From: Thermodesulfobacteriota bacterium
GTDB taxonomy: Bacteria; Desulfobacterota_D; UBA1144; Nemesobacterales; Nemesobacteraceae
NCBI GenBank assembly: GCA_965116725.1
Contig: OZ220700.1
Coordinates: forward strand, 564,923-628,922
Reading direction: 5' to 3'
Length of the DNA stretch: 64,000 nucleotides
Shown: one piece after another, positions 60,824 to 64,000 of the stretch
Layout of the letters: every line of letters begins with the position of its first letter
Numbering within the stretch: the stretch's first letter is position 1
The notes under the pieces: generated by a model
Seen by the model: the letters and a program-made list of their open reading frames with translations, nothing else
Database searches by the model: none
Told to the model about the DNA's origin: nothing
Position numbers and translations under genes: made by a program

Positions 60824-61942
60824 ATGGACTCCTTTAAAATCGGCCTTTCCGCAACGCTCTCAGGACGCCACGCGATCCAGGGCAGGGAAAGCCTCCGAGG
60901 AATAAAACTTTTTACCGAGGAACTGCGCGCTAGGGGCGGAATAGAGAGAGGGGATGGAAAATCCCTGGTTCCGGAACTCGTCTTCTATGACGACGAGAGT
61001 GTCCCCGAAAAAACCAAGGAGAACACCCTCCGCCTTATAGGAAAAGACAAAGTAGACATACTGCTGGGGCCATATTCAAGCAGCCTCACGCTTGCGTGCG
61101 TTGAAACTGCAGAGAGCGCCCAAAGAGTAGTGTGGAATTACGGTGGGTCGCTTGACGATATTCCTTCTCGCACCCGGGGCAAAACGGTAAGCACGATAAC
61201 CGGGGCATCTTCTTACTTCCAAGCAGTCGTGGATATGATCCATGACTGCTATAACCAAGCTGTGGAGCTCTTCGTTTTGCGTCTTGGGGGAAGCCGCTTT
61301 TCCCAGACCGTGTGCGGAGGGGCTCTGCTTCGCGCGGAGAAACTAGGTATTTCGGCAGCCGTTTATGACTTTCCCTCCGGCACAGAAGACTTCTCCACCA
61401 TACTTGCACGCCCAAAAAGCCCTAGCGCTTCCTGCGTGCTCTGCTGCGGGGGGATAGAAGACGACATAAATCTCGCCAAGTGGATACGGAGGAACTCAGA
61501 CCTTGACTTCGGGGTAGTGGCGACGCTTGCGGCGGCGGTAAACGAGTTTGAAAAACGTCTCGGGCGGGAAGCAAACGGTTTTGTTTCAACAAGCCAGTGG
61601 GAACCGACGCTTTCTTTGTCCCCGGATTTCGGCCCGAGCCCCAAGGAGTTTTCAGACAGTTTTGCCCGCGCCTACGGATACACGCCCGACTACACCGCCG
61701 CACAGTCCTACAACATGGGACTTATAATCGAGAAACTCATCGAGAGAACAGGCGAAACGGACGAACAGGCGCTTCTGCACCAAGCCCTGCACTCTCGGTT
61801 CACGACTTTTTACGGGGATTTCCGTATTGATCCCGAGACCCTGCGGCAGACTGGACACGGGATGCTGGTAACCCAGTGGCAGGACGGGAAGAAAAAAATA
61901 GTTTTTCCGAAGGAATATTCTAATTCCCGGCTCATAGTATGA
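60824..61942 (+). CDS. Periplasmic-binding-protein type I fold protein (Leu/Ile/Val-binding-like) without an evident signal peptide
   Basis: LivK-like two-lobe pattern (KIGLSATLSG...GILLGPYSS...). The N-terminus lacks a hydrophobic signal sequence, so it may be cytoplasmic or the start may be mis-set. Confidence 0.55.
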   Translation: MDSFKIGLSATLSGRHAIQGRESLRGIKLFTEELRARGGIERGDGKSLVPELVFYDDESVPEKTKENTLRLIGKDKVDILLGPYSSSLTLACVETAESAQRVVWNYGGSLDDIPSRTRGKTVSTITGASSYFQAVVDMIHDCYNQAVELFVLRLGGSRFSQTVCGGALLRAEKLGISAAVYDFPSGTEDFSTILARPKSPSASCVLCCGGIEDDINLAKWIRRNSDLDFGVVATLAAAVNEFEKRLGREANGFVSTSQWEPTLSLSPDFGPSPKEFSDSFARAYGYTPDYTAAQSYNMGLIIEKLIERTGETDEQALLHQALHSRFTTFYGDFRIDPETLRQTGHGMLVTQWQDGKKKIVFPKEYSNSRLIV

Positions 61943-61946
61943 GGGA

Positions 61947-62022
61947 TGGTGGAGCCGACGGGAGTCGAACCCGCGACCTCATGAATGCCATTCATGCGCT
62001 CTCCCAACTGAGCTACGGCCCC
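61947..62022 (-). tRNA. tRNA-Ala (anticodon GGC)
   Basis: Reverse complement folds as a cloverleaf. Acceptor GGGGCCG/CGGCTCC with the G3:U70 alanine identity pair. Anticodon loop ATGGCAT. T-loop TTCGACT. Encoded CCA. Confidence 0.85.
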
Positions 62023-62089
62023 GCATAAAACAGAATTATAAATCTAGTTTCAAGGCGAGCGCATGTCAAACCCGAAGAAAGTTGAGGGA

Positions 62090-62166
62090 TGGTGGAGCCG
62101 ACGGGATTTGAACCCGCGACCTCATGAGTGCGATTCATGCGCTCTCCCGGACTGAGCTACGGCCCC
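62090..62166 (-). tRNA. tRNA-Ala (anticodon CGC)
   Basis: Near-identical paralogue of the upstream tRNA-Ala. G3:U70 retained. Anticodon loop ATCGCAC. D-loop one nt longer. T-loop TTCAAAT. Encoded CCA. Confidence 0.85.
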
Positions 62167-62303
62167 ACGAAAAACAGGAATAATTAGTCTATTTCAGGAA
62201 ACATGGCTGTCAAACCTCCGCTCCAAGACAGCGGCCCCTCTGTATTGTAAAGCGGATTATGTATAATTTTCTTTTTGTGCGTTAAGAAAAAGGAGATTGT
62301 CGG

Positions 62304-63605
62304 ATGAATTCCGTAGATATAGGTCTTATAGGCGCCGGAACCATAGGTTGCGGAGTTTATAAAACAATAAGCGAAAACAAGGACATAATAGAAAAAAGGA
62401 CCGGGATAAGGCTCAGAATCAAGAAAATAGCCGATATCGACATAAAGAGAAAACGCCCGGTAAAAATCCCTAGGAAGCTTTTTACCACCGATGCGCGCGA
62501 ACTCATAGACGACGAGAGCATCTCGATAATAATCGAACTTATAGGCGGAACGACGGCAGCGCGTGAACTGGTCTTGGCCGCGATACGAAACGGAAAAAAC
62601 GTCGTAACTGCAAACAAGGCCCTTCTGGCCCACCACGGGGGTGAAATATTCAGGGAAGCGGCCGCAAACGGGGTTCACGTGGCGTTTGAAGCAAGCGTCG
62701 GAGGAGGAATACCCATAATCAAGGCGGCACATGAGAGCTATGTGGCAAACAACATTCTCTCCATACACGGAATAATGAACGGGACGTGCAACTACATACT
62801 CCACAACATGTCGGAGCAGAAAAAAGGGTTTGACGAAATGCTGCAGCGCGCCCAGAAAGAGGGATACGCAGAAGCGGACCCCTCGTTTGACATAGACGGC
62901 ATTGATGCCGCGCACAAGCTGTCGATTCTGATAATGCTTGCCTACGGATTCTTTCCGAAATTCGAGAACATATACGTCGAGGGAATAAGAAACATCTCTT
63001 CAATCGATATAACCTTCGCCGAGCAACTCGGCTACAAGATCAAACTACTTGCTATAGCCAAGTTAACCGACTCGGGCATACAGGCTGGAGTTTATCCGGC
63101 CCTTATAAGAAAAAACACTCAGCTGGCCGATGTAAAAGACGCGTTTAACGCAATCCATATCGTGGGAGACAAGGTAGGTCCGACAATGCTATATGGAATG
63201 GGAGCCGGAATGCTCCCGACAGCAAGCGCCGTTGTGGGCGATCTGGTTTCAATTGCAAAAACCGCCCAAAACGGTTCGCAGCCTGCCCCTCCCATGCTTT
63301 ACGCGGAAGACGCCGGACGCAGGTCTCTTGTCAGCACCGACGGTCTTACGGGCCGCTACTATCTTAGATTCCAGGTCGAGGACAAGCCTGGCACACTCGG
63401 GAAAATAACCACGATTCTCGGGAAGTGCGGAATAAGCATAGAGTCCATAATTCAGCAGACAAGGGAAACAAACGGCGGGGAGGTTCCTATCATAATAATG
63501 ACCCACGAGTCAGGGGAGAAAAGTCTCAGGAAAGCCCTTGATAGGATAAGGAAATCCATGACATCCGTAGCCGACGCGATTTTCATAAGGATTGAAGAAA
63601 TATGA
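62304..63605 (+). CDS. hom: Homoserine dehydrogenase with C-terminal ACT domain
   Basis: NAD-binding GLIGAGTIG. Catalytic domain (NKALLA, HGIMNGTCNYIL). C-terminal ACT. 433 aa. Confidence 0.9.
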   Translation: MNSVDIGLIGAGTIGCGVYKTISENKDIIEKRTGIRLRIKKIADIDIKRKRPVKIPRKLFTTDARELIDDESISIIIELIGGTTAARELVLAAIRNGKNVVTANKALLAHHGGEIFREAAANGVHVAFEASVGGGIPIIKAAHESYVANNILSIHGIMNGTCNYILHNMSEQKKGFDEMLQRAQKEGYAEADPSFDIDGIDAAHKLSILIMLAYGFFPKFENIYVEGIRNISSIDITFAEQLGYKIKLLAIAKLTDSGIQAGVYPALIRKNTQLADVKDAFNAIHIVGDKVGPTMLYGMGAGMLPTASAVVGDLVSIAKTAQNGSQPAPPMLYAEDAGRRSLVSTDGLTGRYYLRFQVEDKPGTLGKITTILGKCGISIESIIQQTRETNGGEVPIIIMTHESGEKSLRKALDRIRKSMTSVADAIFIRIEEI

Positions 63606-64000
63606 GAGAACCAGCGGTAGCGAGAAAAATGTTTACGGATACAGAACCGCAGGAACATGCGACGTTCTACAAGGATCTTCTGGATTCACTTCCCGAGGGA
63701 GTGATAGTAGCTGACAAGAATCTTAATATAATTTCCGTTAACGAGCCGTCTGAGACCATACTCAATATCTCAAGGCGAAAGACAATCGGAAATCATATAT
63801 CAAAGTTTCTGCCGGAAGAAATAACCACCCTCTGCTCAAGGGCGGTAAAAGAAGAAAGAGTCGTGCAAGAAAACGATCTGCTTTTCCGCATATCTCGCAA
63901 CTCTTCGATCAACGTGGAATGCACCGTATCTCCGATACACGGAAGCGACGGCAGGATGAATGGACTCGTAATCCAGATAAGAAACACTGAAAAAATGAAC
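63602..64000 (+). CDS. PAS-domain sensor protein, N-terminal fragment (runs off the window end)
   Basis: ATG overlaps the hom stop (ATGA). PAS-like segment (LLDSLPEGVIVADKNLNIISVNEPSETILNISRRKTIGNHISKF). The output domain is outside the window. Confidence 0.5.
   Translation, partial: MREPAVARKMFTDTEPQEHATFYKDLLDSLPEGVIVADKNLNIISVNEPSETILNISRRKTIGNHISKFLPEEITTLCSRAVKEERVVQENDLLFRISRNSSINVECTVSPIHGSDGRMNGLVIQIRNTEKMN

Overview
This window looks like a ~64 kb chromosomal segment of a diderm (Gram-negative-type) bacterium with about 50% GC and very high coding density. It encodes roughly 65 protein genes and 3 tRNAs, most of them housekeeping.

Housekeeping content:
- Translation: rpmA, rplU, efp, the alaS 5' end, tsaD, rsmD.
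- Lipoprotein maturation, complete in one window: lgt, lnt, lspA.
- Envelope: tolB, tonB, degP/htrA, mltG, an OMP beta-barrel.
- Histidine (hisC, hisD), purine/pyrimidine (guaA, guaB, carB), cofactors (thiC, ribE, coaX, coaD, an MqnE/MqnC-type radical SAM), amino acids (proB, hom, aspC, aroK).
- DNA: mutL, gyrA.
- tRNAs: tRNA-Gly(GCC) and a tandem pair tRNA-Ala(GGC)/tRNA-Ala(CGC).

I found no CRISPR array, rRNA, transposase/integrase or obvious defence island.

The features the housekeeping annotation does not explain are:
1. A 908-aa single-polypeptide fusion of two cyclic-nucleotide-binding (CAP-type) domains, a PlsC/LPLAT-type acyltransferase domain and a C-terminal SGNH/GDSL hydrolase domain (37262..39988). 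I read this as a candidate cNMP-gated lipid-remodelling enzyme. A HAMP-containing membrane class III nucleotidyl cyclase lies elsewhere in the window (350..1768).
2. A diverged tandem duplication of a Dabb-family gene that also copied the last ~25 codons of tsaD (36246..37240).
3. A candidate promoter-to-intrinsic-terminator sRNA unit in a 500-bp gap upstream of the mqn gene (14137..14295).
4. A thi-box (TPP riboswitch)-like leader in front of thiC (33797..33915, minus strand).
5. A frameshift-split lipoprotein gene (41358..42117).
6. A remnant of an FGE-sulfatase-type gene (47239..47421).
7. Two small translationally coupled ORFs (5133..5261 and 43298..43470).
8. A secreted protein built from three ~95-aa internal repeats (22182..23465).
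9. A Fur-family regulator paired with an oversized nitroreductase-fold protein (17216..19013).
10. A 445-bp gap between convergent genes containing a long imperfect hairpin (51381..51825).

All calls rest on motif-level reading of the translations and the DNA. No database search was possible.
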